Shown: positions 63,501-64,000 of the stretch, piece after piece
Position numbering within the stretch: position 1 is the stretch's first letter
Layout: each line of letters begins with the position of its first letter
Assembly (NCBI GenBank): GCA_964632315.1
Contig: CAZWEM010000001.1
Span: 1 to 64,000, forward strand
Direction: 5' to 3'
DNA length: 64,000 nt
Source: an uncultured archaeon
GTDB taxonomy: Archaea > Asgardarchaeota > Lokiarchaeia > Sigyniarchaeales > SOKP01
Position numbers and translations under genes: made by a program
The notes under the pieces: model-generated
Seen by the model: the letters and a program-made list of their open reading frames with translations, nothing else
Databases searched by the model: none
Told to the model about the DNA's origin: nothing

Positions 63501-63587
63501 TTATCTTTCTATTATTAAAAGGATTAGTTTTTCTGCTTATTTATTATTCTGCTTATCTTTCTGTTATTAAAAGGATTAATTTTTCTG
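63501..63587. repeat. 35-bp imperfect direct repeat, two copies (63501-63535, 63553-63587)
   Basis: TTATCTTTCT(A/G)TTATTAAAAGGATTA(G/A)TTTTTCTG, 2 mismatches. Confidence 0.85.
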
Positions 63588-63626
63588 TTGATCAAAAAAA
63601 TAAAAAAAGTGGGAAAGAAACCCAAA

Positions 63627-64000
63627 TTAGACTAATTTAAAATATTCAATATCCAAGATTCTTTTTCGTGGTTTTTCCTTAAAAACTGCTGCTACTCTTG
63701 CTCCAACTTCTAATTTATTAGGATCTCCCTCATTTATTATGTGAACAAAATCAGAATCTGCCCCATCAAGTCGAATGCGAGCATAGGCAAAAGGTGGATC
63801 GAGTGGCATTACTGGAGTTGAATGAGTGATCACCGTAAATCCTGTTATAGTTCCTTGGTTTCCCAGTTCTACCCATTCCTCCATCTTTTCAAAACACTTG
63901 AAACATACCATTTTCGGTGGAACATATACCTCTCCACATTTAGGACACCTTACACCATATATTTTATTGTTTTTTCCGATTTCTGTGATGAATTTCTCTA
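63627..64000 (-). CDS. DUF35 Zn-ribbon/OB-fold protein, 5'-truncated by the window
   Basis: Frame open to the window end: GVRCPKCGEVYVPPKMVCFKC...IRLDGAD. Confidence 0.9.
   Translation of the reverse strand, partial: EKFITEIGKNNKIYGVRCPKCGEVYVPPKMVCFKCFEKMEEWVELGNQGTITGFTVITHSTPVMPLDPPFAYARIRLDGADSDFVHIINEGDPNKLEVGARVAAVFKEKPRKRILDIEYFKLV

Noticed and set aside
63501-63587. CRISPR-like repeat
   Set aside because: Only two copies with a 17-bp spacer, and no cas genes.

Overview
AT-rich archaeal chromosomal segment, most likely from an Asgard archaeon of the Lokiarchaeia type. This is inferred from crenarchaeal-like PolB1, Alba, ACDS subunits, Sds22-like LRR proteins, multi-TM proteins with longin-like C-termini, an IPGF-TM sorting tail and many fatty-acid/CoA enzymes. 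About 55 CDS cover DNA metabolism (PolB, Mre11-like, N6-MTase/TRD fusion), NAD salvage, Wood-Ljungdahl (cdhC, cdhB, CooT-like), a tetraether lipid synthase (Tes) homolog, beta-oxidation-like enzymes and a polar amino-acid ABC transporter. There is one tRNA-Thr(UGU) with a D-arm intron. Main finding: the apparently broken thiolase-family gene at 46750-48068 is best explained as one intact gene interrupted by two tiny tandem introns (28 nt and 31 or 34 nt) around a 15-16 nt micro-exon encoding EYPMG. Both introns fold into bulge-helix-bulge-like motifs whose predicted tRNA-endonuclease cut sites restore the reading frame. This suggests protein-coding mRNA splicing by the tRNA splicing machinery in an Asgard archaeon. 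No CRISPR array, rRNA or intact transposase was seen.
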